A stretch of 64,000 bases of DNA from Trichosphaerium sp. ATCC 40318. Lineage: Eukaryota > Protista > Tubulinea. Both the position numbers and the translations under genes were made by a program. The notes beneath the pieces were generated by a model. It did no database searches, was not told where the DNA came from, and was given only the letters and a program-made list of their open reading frames with translations. Shown here in pieces: positions 53,137-64,000 of the stretch. How positions within the stretch are numbered: the stretch's first letter is position 1; every line of letters begins with the position of its first letter. Location: NCBI GenBank assembly GCA_038496445.1, contig JALMLS010000216.1:310001-374000 (forward strand), read 5' to 3'.

Positions 53137-55595
53137 ATGCGTGGGGCTACATTATTTATCTTTGCTGCCTGCTTTACCGCACTGGTTATTGCTGATTGTT
53201 ATATGCACTGCCCAAAGGGAGGTAATAACAGACTGAACAGTAAGAACACGAATACCCGTAATGATAACAGGATGTTCGACTCTCAAAATAACAACAACGG
53301 CGGATACAACAAGCCAAAGCTATCCCCTGGATGCTCTTTCTACTCCAAATCACTCCTACAAGTCGAATGGACCGTTCAACACGGTTGCGGCCAAAAAGAA
53401 AGCGATGGAGGTAAATTGAACTGCAACATGGTTATGCAATACGCCTGCGGTAAAACACCTGTCGATCAACTCACTAACCTCGTCGATGTCCACATTCGCG
53501 ATGGTGAAAGAGACGAAGACAACCCAGCGCTTGGTAACAACAACCTCCAAGAAAGAAAGACCGCCAACGCTAACGCCGAAGCCCCTGGAAAGCCTGGTGT
53601 ATACTTATACGGACAACACGAAAGTCAATTTTACTACGATTCTTGCAAGAAACGTGAACGTAACAAGGGTCTTTTCACTGCTGATCGTAACGTCAACAAC
53701 AACAGAGGTGCTACAGCTACAAGACAAAACAACAATGGTAACCAACGCGGTTTCGAGTGCCCAGAAGAGCGTGATTACTACCCATACTGGCATCCAACCC
53801 CATGGATCGATGTTGCCGTACTTATTGACCCTGCTGGAAGTATCACCGAATCCAAAATCTGCAACTACTTCAAGAGCGAGTCCTTCAACACACGTGGTAA
53901 ACACTACTGTTCCGATCCTGCTGGAGAACCATCTCAATACAACAACGAAGCTGACTGCGAACAAGCAGGTCAAAACTGGCTCGTACGTTATTATTTCTTT
54001 GTATTATTAGTATATTTAGAGGAGGGGTTGTGTACCCAACTTGCACCCCTTTCGTTCACACAAAGTTTTTTCCCCTTTTCATTTTCTCACGTTTTTTTTT
54101 TCGCTTAGGAACATCCTCCGCACAACAAGAGAAAGAACCCAAGCATTGACGTCGGATCACCAGATTGTCAAATCGCTCAATGGGCCCGTGTTAACCACCT
54201 TGGTAATGTCGGTAACGGCTTGACTGGTAAACCTGGTACATACGATTGGATTCTTCCTAAAGTCGATAAAGAATCAGCTGAGTTTTACTCCGCTTGTACT
54301 TTCAGATTACGTTACAATATCTCTACCCAAGATTATGATGGTTGGAAGGGTTTCTCTCACGGTGTAAGCAGTTCTTTCCGTCTCTTTCCTTAAAAAGAAC
54401 TTTTCTCGCTTTATTAGTCAAAACTCCTCTTACACCTTATTTAGAGCAAGGACGAAGCTATCACTGCTGCCAGCAACGGTGAGAACTCACCAGTCAAAAA
54501 CAACCCTACTCTTATGACTAGCGGACATAACTTGACTTTGGCTATCAATACTGCTCAATTCGGTCGTACTTTCCAAGATCGTTCCCATGTATTCAAAATC
54601 TTGCCTCGTGATAAGAATCTTGAAGATTTCAACCGTGTATACAATTGTATCGCTAAGGGAAAACGTGGTAATATTGTCCAGGCACGTGAACACAAAAGAA
54701 AACCTCTGTTCATTGAACTTTTCGCTTATTCTCCTTTTTTAGGCTTATCCAGCTACTGAATATGACTTTGGATGTAATAACATCAATGTATTCAAGGGTG
54801 ATTACTTGCATTTCTGCTTTGAGGGTTCCCATGATAACAACCAAAATTATGCTGGTGAAGGTCGTCAATCCACTGATGCTTTCAACATGGTAGAATTAAA
54901 CGAAGCCACTCACAGTATGTTCTTGCCTCTTAAGGCCTCCGATCGCTTCCAAGTTGGTTCAAAGAAGATCGAGGTACGTACAGTAGTTACAAGCACTCTA
55001 GAAGGTGCTTTGTAATGCAACTCTCTGTCTGGACTTTTGTTAATAATTCTTTCTTTTAGACATCTCAAATGTTCAACGACGAAGATCTCGCTTTCCAAAT
55101 GGCTTGGGCTGGTCAACCAGAAGCATACTGTGCTCCTGACTTCAATGTTAACAACAACGACCCAAACCCTCCTTGTTGCTTGACATACGCTCAATTGCAA
55201 GCTAAACACGGTAACAACCAAGGAAACAAGAACCAAGATAAACTCAACTGTGGTAAACTAAACAGCTCCCCACAATATTGGCAACCTGGTCCTATCCGTA
55301 CTTCAAAGATTGCTTCAGGTACTCATCACTACATGAGCTCTAGAAACAACAACTTCTCCAACAGATCCCAAAAGGTACGTCACGTGAAAACAAAGAAAAG
55401 TTGGTTAGTTTGTGCTTACCTTTATCGTTTTAGGGAACAATCACTGTAAGCCCTCACTTGTCATGGGCCGCTGTTGCTTTCGTTATCATCGGTGTATCCT
55501 TGTTCGTAGGTGGTGCCGTTGTAGCCTTTGGTTTGTACTACTCTCAATCACACCCTGGTTCTGCTTGTGCCAACATCTTCCAAAACTTGAACTAA
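53137..55595 (+). CDS. Protein DD3-3-like secreted/type I membrane protein
   Basis: Signal peptide, then [15 protein letters not shown]...[47 protein letters not shown] and [15 protein letters not shown]; C-terminal TM. Confidence 0.9.
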
Positions 55596-55759
55596 AGAAG
55601 TGAAAGAGCTATCTGTCTTAAAAAAAAGTTTGACCCTGTCGTTGTCACTGATAGCGACATGAGGTTAAACATATTTTAAGCGTGTTATAATAATTAAAGA
55701 ACCTTTTGTTTCTCAAATCTGTTCTTTCTTTGGCCTCCTGCGGTCGTTTATTTTCAGCA

Positions 55760-57222
55760 ATGAAGACTGGCTTTGACACAAGTGTCAAAGGACCACAAAC
55801 GCTAACTTGTACTTGTTACTGCAGTGTCTTGGTCATTATCAATGAGGTGAAGTTGTCACAAATGGCTTTTGCTCTATTGTGATGCGTTATGGTGGGTAAT
55901 TGTTTGTTGTGATCATGCTAATTGGTCGCAGTACGGGGACGCGCTTATAGAGCGCATAATAAAACGTCAAAAGCGAATCTAAGCAAAAATGCCACCACGC
56001 GCATCAATAGGCGCCATTTGGATGAATTCAGCAAGTCTACGCGCATATACACAACCGCTGATTGGTACAGACTTAAAGCAGCTAGTAAAGTGCTATACGC
56101 GCGTTCTCATAACATACTACAACAGTGCGCACGTTAATACCCAGTTTAAAAGATGTTAACGTCAAAATGCTATTCAGGTACAATGGTTCACTTTTAAATG
56201 CTCTCAATACCTTATATCCTGAGTACGAGTGGGATACACAGCAATTCAAGTGCGTCTACAAGGTTTAGTAACGTGTCAAAGTAGTATTTACTAAATCGAG
56301 CATGTAGCTCTGTTCCTCTTGGTTTTTGGCGAGATGAGAATAACCAACGCTCAAAACTCAATATACTAGCTGATAGATTGAATATTAAAGAGCTAGACGG
56401 TTGGTATGATGTAACAACCCGTCAACTACATAAGGAAGGCGCAGGTAGTCTCATTGTAAGGTAAGGAACAAATTTTTCAAAAAGACAAGAATGCACGTGA
56501 AGAAAATAACAAAACTGTTAACTTGGTTACCAATGATTTCGCCCAAGGTACAAAAGTTCAGTAGCAGCTATGATGGGAGCGTTATATCCAGAACATCCAT
56601 GGCAAAGGCTCCAATTTACGTATGTTACTATTCCTCTTTTTGAAATTCCAAAAAAGAAAGTTTTTTTCTTATTGTAATAGTCTTTTTATACAATATTTTA
56701 TGTAATACCAAAACAAAGTGTTTTTTAATTAACAACCTTTTGTGCATAGGAGGCGAGGAATATGGCTGGCGAAGGACAATAACCTTGAATTTCTTCAAAA
56801 AGTATCCACAAAACTTGCATTTAATAATCTCGATGCATGGTATGTGAACACCGCCCATACCTATAACTGCAACTAAGAGTAACAAATTGCATACTTTCTA
56901 GCCGTCAGTCTTTAATTTTTTCAAAAACCAACCTCTCCACATTGGAAAGAAACACAAAGACAAATGTATTTAACGGTGTTTAGGTATGATATATCCGTTG
57001 GACAAATTACCGAGTTGGGTGGTAGTGGACTAATTAGATATTATCCTCATGTTCTTACATTACTGGATCCCACGCGTGAATGGGTGTGGCACAGGTTTTC
57101 TAGTAGATCAAAGAAAGCTAAACAAAGGTACACTGTATTTTTCATAAATATTTACTTAATGAGCGTGTAATAGGGAACTTTTATCACGTGCTAGACGCTT
57201 GCTAATATCCCAACCAACCTAA
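55760..57222 (+). CDS. Trp-repeat protein (FW...N...L.I...DWY...GG..L...YPE..W repeats); start uncertain
   Basis: Three to four repeats: ADWYRL, LYPEYEW, GFWRDENNQR, LDGWYDV, LYPEHPW, GGSGLIRYY, REWVWHRF. Confidence 0.7.
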
Positions 57223-57399
57223 AAATATAATATGCACTGTAACTATATCTAAAAGCACTGTATCCATAAGAGAATTATCTCAGTATTAACTTGGTTTAAC
57301 ATTTCTTTTTTTTTATTGATAAAATTCTGTCAAAAAAAAATTGGCAAGCATCAAGGTAGGACTAAGAACAACGACACTCATCGTGCAAAAGAGAGTGTT

Positions 57400-58121
57400 T
57401 TAAATATCTATCTCCAGTTTGACATTTGTCTGTACTTGTGCAACTGCATTACGAAGCGCTGATAAACGTGTGAGTAGTCAAGAAAAATTGAAGGGCTGCG
57501 TACCTTTGTAGACATTCTTGGCGTTTGGAATACCGGTAATGTGTAGTTCTGGATCTGTTGTATCAGAACTGAATACTACAATAGTACCACAAGAGCAACA
57601 ACAGCAACAACCTGCCACAAAAGGTAAGATACGCGGGTAAAAGCTGCTACATTTTTTTTTTTTCGGCAACTGTGACTAGGTTTTTGTTGTACGCACTTGA
57701 TTCGTAGCTGATATCTTGAATACGGACAACATGTAGAGTATCTATTTTTTTACAGCAGCAACCTTTTTTGTAGAGTTAGCGATAGGGACGTGAGCGTATA
57801 GATATACCTGATTCGCGCTCAATAAACGCTGTTGTGATGTTCCAGTTTGTGCTATTACGATTTAGTTAGGAGTTGATGACATCAACAATAGAGGTATCTA
57901 GACATGTTTTAAACGCTTACCAACTGCAAAAGCTTGAACACGAAGCACAACAATGTGGACTTCCACTCCATATTAAACCAGCTGGTGCACCTTTTATACG
58001 CATTAACAACACGGCAATACTAAGTAGCTATCGTTTTGCGAGTTTTTTGGTTTGTTTTCTTTGCAACTCCTCGTAAACAAGAGAATACTGTTAAAATAAT
58101 CTACTCACCTTCTTCACTCAT
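57400..58121 (-). CDS. Small Cys-string protein with bacterial-type PH (bPH_2/YdbS-like) domain
   Basis: Spliced protein MSEEGAPAGLIWSGSPHCCASCSSFC...NWNITTAFIERESGCCCKKIDTLHVVRIQDISYES.CCCCCSCGTIVVFSSDTTDPELHITGIPNAKNVYKALRNAV...*. Confidence 0.7.
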
Positions 58122-58309
58122 TTTCGCTTACTTTTAGTAATCGAGAAAAACGAACACGGAGACTTACGGGTAGTTTAAGTCGCGAAAAAAAAAAACCGAA
58201 ACTTCTTTTTTACAACACGTCAAACCATGACGCGTACCCCTCTCTTTTTTATTTGTTGATTACTTTGTAAGTGCTGATTTCGTAAATACTGTCCTTAAAA
58301 AGACAAAAA

Positions 58310-61300
58310 TCAACGTAAAGTTCTTAAAGTTGACTCCATGGCATATCGTGGCGATTGTGCGGTCATTTGAAACCTTCTTCTTAGTGCTTCTGATCTTACA
58401 CGTAGCAGAATTTCAGGCACTCTATGGAAAGATATTGAGAAAACAAGATAGCTACTCAATCAAAATAGAGGAGAATTTCGAACGCACACATAGAGCCTAT
58501 TGAGTGTGAAGTCTTCTGTCTTTCCATAGAATAGCAAATGTGGGAAGCTTAGTTAGTTAAGTGAAAACACGTGATCAAATAAAAAGGGTTAAAAATTCGT
58601 TGGATACAATGACGGCAATGTAGATAATCTTGAGTTGATCTAAAACGAGAATACTGAGAATGTCTATAATAATTTCAAAAATGCGTACCTTTTCTCGTAT
58701 TTGCTGGGCTACAACTTGATTCCTAACCTTGATATGTAGTGCTAAGGATCATCAGTAAGTTAATGAGATACCAATAATGCTGTACCGCTGAACAGTTGCA
58801 AGTAGACCTTTGGAAGCAGATTTCCTACAACACATGAGCTCTTTAAGTGATGTCATAAAAAACGTCTTAAAACACACCTGCAGTATCTTTGAAAGTCTTG
58901 TATAACTTTAAAATATCCATTCTATGAATATATTCACCTTTAGCAGTTAGTGAGCTATAACTACGAATAAGTAGTTCCTACCATTGGAATCTACAACGCC
59001 AATACGTGAAATAGAAACTATTTCATCAAGGTCAGGCCATACGGCACTAATTCAGTCAGTCGATTACATGCTCATGAGTAAAACAATAAATGACGTACCT
59101 AGAAAGCTGATAACTCGGTGGGTCTTGGTATACCTTTATCGGCATTGATCTCGGACTGTTAATAGCTTCATTCATTACACTACAACGAACAATTAGTACG
59201 TGTAGTCGAGGTTGTAGTTTTCTCTCTTACGATATTGCCCTGGCTCTCTTTGTTGGATCATGCTTTCTTGGTGTTCTGGAAGCTCGTCTTTTCTTGCCAA
59301 ATACTCTCATTTCTTCTAGTACTGCTGTTGCAACTGAGCCGAACATTGGTTTATGCTGTCTACAAAACGGTGTGAGAAGGCTAAACTTAGTCATCTTTGT
59401 ACCCTAGAAGGTATTCGCTAGACGGGTTAGGCCGTGTGTGCGCTAACAGAGGGCCAAAGATCCTATCATATAGATCGTTGTCTTCTCTTTTAGGCGTTGG
59501 AGGCTAGAACAAGGAGTTAAAAAGTTTTGAGTAGATAGGAATGGAGTACGTGAATGTATCTACGTCTCACGAATGGTGATTGTTGTGGTGAACTGAATAG
59601 TCTTGCACGATTTGCTTCTGACGATCCCGGACTAGAAATAGAGGAAGTCGGAGAAATGTCTGACAGGAACGTTGGTGTCAGATCAGCGATCGGTCCTGGA
59701 GAAGTAGCTCTCCGTGCTGAGCGCTTTCTGGTGTTCACTGGTGTGAATGGGCGGTAAGGTGAATTTGTCATCTACGCAGAAAATGAGGCGTAACAGTTTT
59801 TGTAAAACGTACAAAGGCGCGTGTACGCTTTGCGTGAGGCGAAAATGAGTGATTAAACTCGCTGTTGAGAAAAGGGTGAGTATTTATTTCATAAATACAT
59901 TTTAGTGCGTATTAATCGTACCTAGGCACTGGTATCCTGACGGTGCTACTAGTGAGCTCTAGAATAGCCTCGGCGGCATTTCTCTCAGAATCGCATTGCA
60001 CGACATTTACTGTACTAAATTAGCTGGAATGTGTTGTTAAAGATTAAGTGTACATTTTGGAGGGGTAGCTGTCATGTCGTTTTGTAGCGGTTCTTCGTCA
60101 CTTAACGCGTAAACGGCTATCTTTCGTGAACTTAATTGAAATTTCGCTACATTGTTTCACTTGCCTTTTTTAAACCATATTATTTTTTTTGGGCGTCTTC
60201 TCTACAGTTGTGGCATACAACGTACCTGTCAGATATACCAGTTTTATAGGTTTGATTTCCACCATAAGTTGGCTTCTATCTGATACACAATAATGTTTTT
60301 TTTATTAATTTTGTTTTACATTTTGATGGTAACTTTTTTTACTTACATTGGTTTTGTTAAACCCCTTTTGCTCCTGCTTCTTTGTGTAGACGCAAAGCGC
60401 AATCAACACATACCTATGTGTGTGGTCAATATAGGAACTAGTAGGACAAAGATAAAACTCACCAGCACTGGTTCTATGTAGCCAAATTTCTCGATAGTCC
60501 TTTTTTGTTTGCAACAATGCCTACAGAAAACACCTCCACAATTTCGGCAATGATGTCTAAAAAGAGTCAAGGTCATGAACTATGCATAATTCATTCACAC
60601 GTACCGTCGTCGAGCAATATTAAATTTACGGCGACATGTTTGTGACATACATTGAGATACATCGTCATCTTGAACCCTAAAGAAAATATGTTAGTTTTGG
60701 GTTAGAAATTTAACTGTACTTGCCAGAATGGTCTGTGCTCCTGTATTTCAGCGTTCTCCTTACCAGGTGATAATACCTCAGCAGGTGAACTCGACTGAGT
60801 CATTGAATGCCTTGGAGAAACCGAGAGGCGTTGGTCAGATAAAAATCTGCGACGTGATAAATCTCGTGACAACTCAAAGGAGCCGTCTGACCACAAACTT
60901 CCTGGAGCACTTCTGTTTATAGTTTGTGGACTTGAGGCAACTCCAAAATTGTTTCCAGTGCTTTGTGGTGCATCTGCGTCCGCGTTAGACATGTTGTCAT
61001 CTAAAGATGTTAAGCGCAACTAGTTTAAACTTGTGTCAGAGTTGTACCTGAACTGGTCAAAGTTGTTGTTGATGCAGCTGTGATTGATTCTGAATAGTTT
61101 GGTGAAACCGATATTGTTGGCTCTTGTGAATTATTATCAATGACTGGCGTGGTTTGAACTTCAAGTTGCTTTGGTTCTTCTGTTTGCTCAATAGCTGGTG
61201 GTACAACATTTTTCACTTCTTCAGCTTGTTTTGGTTCGTCTATCTCTACAGCTGGTTCTGGTATTTTTTCTACAACAGGGTCTGTATTTTCAACGGTTGG

Positions 61301-63069
61301 GACGACCTCGACAGGTTGAGGCTCTTCAGGCTCTGGTTCGGGTTGTGCAGGTGTCTCGACAACTGGTTCTGGAGTAACAGGCTCTGGTGTGGCAGGCTCA
61401 GAAGTTACAACTTCTTGTGTGATAGGCACTTCTTGTTCCTCTTGTTGTGGTTCCTCAATTAATTCTTGCTGACTGGATTCGGGGCTAATAGAAGATGACA
61501 TGCTCATATTCATACCCTCTCTTAAGCTTATCTTGGATGTTTCAATTGGTTTGGTTTCTTCCTTCTCAATAACATCTTCAGGTTCCTTCTCTATTGGTTC
61601 TGGCGCTGTTACTACCTCTGTGGTGGGGTTTGCCTCTTCTGGAGGTGTTTCATCCTTTTCTTCTGGTTCAGTTGGTTTGTCTTCCGTTTTGTCTTCTGTT
61701 TTCTCGATAGAATCAACTGCCATTGTAGTTTCAGCGCCAGTGCTTGGCACAGTACTTACAGAAGTATTGTTTTCTTCCCTTGCACCACCACTCTTTGATA
61801 ACTTATTCTCAGCTCTCTCGATTTTTAATTTAAGCTCTTCAACACGGCTTAAGAGCAGCTGTTGAGCTTGTGAAGAACTTAATTTTAATGGTGATGTGCT
61901 GTCTTTTTCTGTTGGTGATTTTGGAACACGTGTAGGTGATGTTGATTCTATATCTACAATACGTCTTTTGCTTAAGCGTTTACGTTTTGGAATGTCTTTA
62001 AAATCGCTATCTTGTAACTGTTGCTGTGGAGCTAGGTTGCTGTCTGAAGACCTGATATCTGGTGTCTTGTCTTTACGCTTATTGTTCTTGGATACTTGCT
62101 TCGCTACATTTTTAATAAGAGGAGCTAGAGATCTTTGATGTCAAGGGACACAATATAAGTCATTGGCTTGAAGAATAAAACAACTAAAATTATTTCTTCA
62201 AACCAAAAATTATGGAAGAATTTCTTGTGGATACACTTTCGCCCAGTGATCTGTCATGTCAAGCTCTTTGGCGTCTTTTATAAATAACTTAAAGTTGAGT
62301 GCATCTACACGATTCAAGGCTGTGACTACACGCTGCATATGAGGCGCTTGACGCAAGATGGCTTCTGGTTTGTAATATTTTCTACAAATAGTCAGTTGGT
62401 CAATTAAAAACGTGTTTCAATTGAAACTGTCATTATTTGACAGGTTCGCACCTGCATAGATCTGGTTTCCAAGAGAAAGCGTTAAAGTAAGCCCCTAGCG
62501 CCGACTCGTTGAGACCGAGGCGAAAAAGTAATCTTGCTCTTCCTAATCGAACGGTTTGTAAAAATAAGATAATTTGGCGCATAGCTCAGTGTATGAGGGC
62601 GTTTTACGAATTTCTTAAACAAGAATTTGCGTATTTTCTCCACGCACCATGTGGTGTCCCTGATGTAGATAGTGTTGTAGATAGAACTTCGCTGGTGCCT
62701 GGTAGACAGTGTTTGAGGTTTTGCAAAAAATCCCATGCTGTGGTGCGAGAGAATAGGCCCCCTTGTACAGTAAGCACGTTAATAGTTGCGTGAGTGTAGT
62801 ACCAGCTTTTAGATTAAAATTTACAAGTTGTTCAACCTGTACAAGCAGTTAATGACTGGTGAGTGCGCTAAAAGTACGTACTTGATACAACAAACGGTTC
62901 AATAATGGAGTATCTTCGAAAATAACTTGGTCGGCATCTGTGCCTTGTAGCATTAACGCTGACGCAAATTCTAGCTTTTCTACTAGTTCTAGCGCTACAA
63001 GAAGTGTTTAGCAAATTGTCTGTTTTACCGATAATAATCTTGACAGCGCAAGTAACTCTAACCTGTCAT
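58310..63069 (-). CDS. RUN-domain + Glu/Pro-rich linker + FYVE zinc-finger protein; 3' end approximate
   Basis: RUN-like WDFL...GRARLLFRLGLNESALGAYF...KYYKPEAILR; acidic linker 61025-61750; FYVE-like DDDVSQCMSQTCRRKFNIARRRHHCRNCGGVFCRHC. Confidence 0.8.
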
Positions 63070-63191
63070 TTTCTACTTTCGTGTCATCAAATGGGTCAAT
63101 TGTTTCTTTTTGTTGGGTATGCCAGAAAAGTCTTCATAAATATGTCGTTTGACTTCCGTAGATTTTGTTAGTGGACTGAAAGGGTTAAAAC

Positions 63192-63868
63192 ATGAAGCTG
63201 CTGTTTGTTGCTGTGCTTTGTGTGGTTTGTGGATATACTATAGCGCAATTTGATGTTCTTTCAAAACTATGTGACGCTACGTTTTGCCCACTGGCGCCTA
63301 ACCATAGAGTAAGTAAACTGTCGCATTGTGACAGTTAGAAACTGTGAAAACGCAATATTTAAATCTACAAGGTACTGGTTGTGGGTAGTTTTGCTGGGCT
63401 AGCGCTTGCGTTTTATGCGTGTATTTGTGCACCATTATCGACGTTGGCACAGAAAGAAGTGCGCCCAGATTACCAATTCACCATCTCTGCTAGCGAGGTA
63501 TGTATTTCAGCATTGCCTGCGTAACGCCATTAGGTATTAAAGAGACGAGGCAGCTTTTAAATTCCACTTCCTTTTTAGCCTTTTTACGCTCCCACTGTAA
63601 CCTCCACGGTGTTTCTACGCGTATTGTTACCCATAGCCTGTGTTTAGAAGCGGCATTAATAAATGTGTCAATATGTACTGTAATATGTTGTAGCAGCTGT
63701 GAAGCATGTTTTAATAGTGTCAGAGCATGTCACAATGATAGTAACACAATGGCAGCTGGCTTAATGGCTGGTTCATAAGTACCTTCCTATCATTTTGAGC
63801 GAGACTACACGATGTTCAAAGGATGGTTTGCGCCAAAAAAAGCGCCATGGGATGCGCGAAAGTGGTAA
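63192..63868 (+). CDS. Small single-pass membrane protein, 3 exons
   Basis: Signal MKLLFVAVLCVVCGYTIA; TM VLVVGSFAGLALAFYACICA; ends ...FKGWFAPKKAPWDARKW*. Confidence 0.6.
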
Positions 63869-63907
63869 TTTGATAATTTTTTAACGTTTGTAACGAATTG
63901 TAGTAAA

Positions 63908-64000
63908 ATGGTCACTAAACTAGCGCTCAACAGAGTGAAACTCCAAAAAAACAAACGGGAGAATTTAATCAAGGTTGCTAAGCGCGAAGTAGCAGAATTA
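63908..64000 (+). CDS. IST1: IST1 (regulator of Vps4) N-terminus, truncated by the window edge
   Basis: KLALNRVKLQKNKRENLIKVAKREVAEL matches the first IST1 helix pattern. Confidence 0.7.
   Translation, partial: MVTKLALNRVKLQKNKRENLIKVAKREVAEL

Noticed and set aside
60558-60604. U12-like branch ACCTTGAC in the FYVE-domain intron
   Set aside because: The donor is the ordinary GTACGT; at most a converted minor intron, which cannot be supported from sequence alone.

Overview
AT-rich (about 35% GC by eye), gene-dense eukaryotic nuclear DNA with very many short (mostly 30-60 nt) spliceosomal introns, typically with GTAC(GT) donors. Most entries in the ORF track are therefore exon fragments or antisense noise. 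Intron style and gene content (DD3-3, a receptor tyrosine kinase, a GlfB-like protein, an amoeba-type Trp repeat protein) point to a free-living amoebozoan; this is inference. I hand-spliced about 28 protein genes. They include two paralogous divergent kinases, a CaMK, an aegerolysin-like protein, a PTEN-C2-LIM-RGS-LIM fusion, an intronless F-box/LRR gene, ADAT2, an ankyrin-PARP, a PPP phosphatase, TAPT1, RPT4, COQ4, a RUN-FYVE protein and IST1. There is also one tRNA-Ser(AGA). The most unusual structure is at 23218-25476: an apparently perfect 429-bp inverted repeat. Each arm carries a complete, structurally intact U2 snRNA gene. About 110 nt downstream of each U2, on the opposite strand, lies a second U2-like unit that keeps only the U6-pairing and branch-point-recognition core (25/26 nt identity), set in new hairpins with Sm-like sites and an ACAGAGA motif. 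Other notable signals are a U12-type intron in TAPT1, several GC-AG introns, strong CACGTG enrichment and a ~285-bp foldback element. Gene boundaries were spliced by eye and are approximate where stated.
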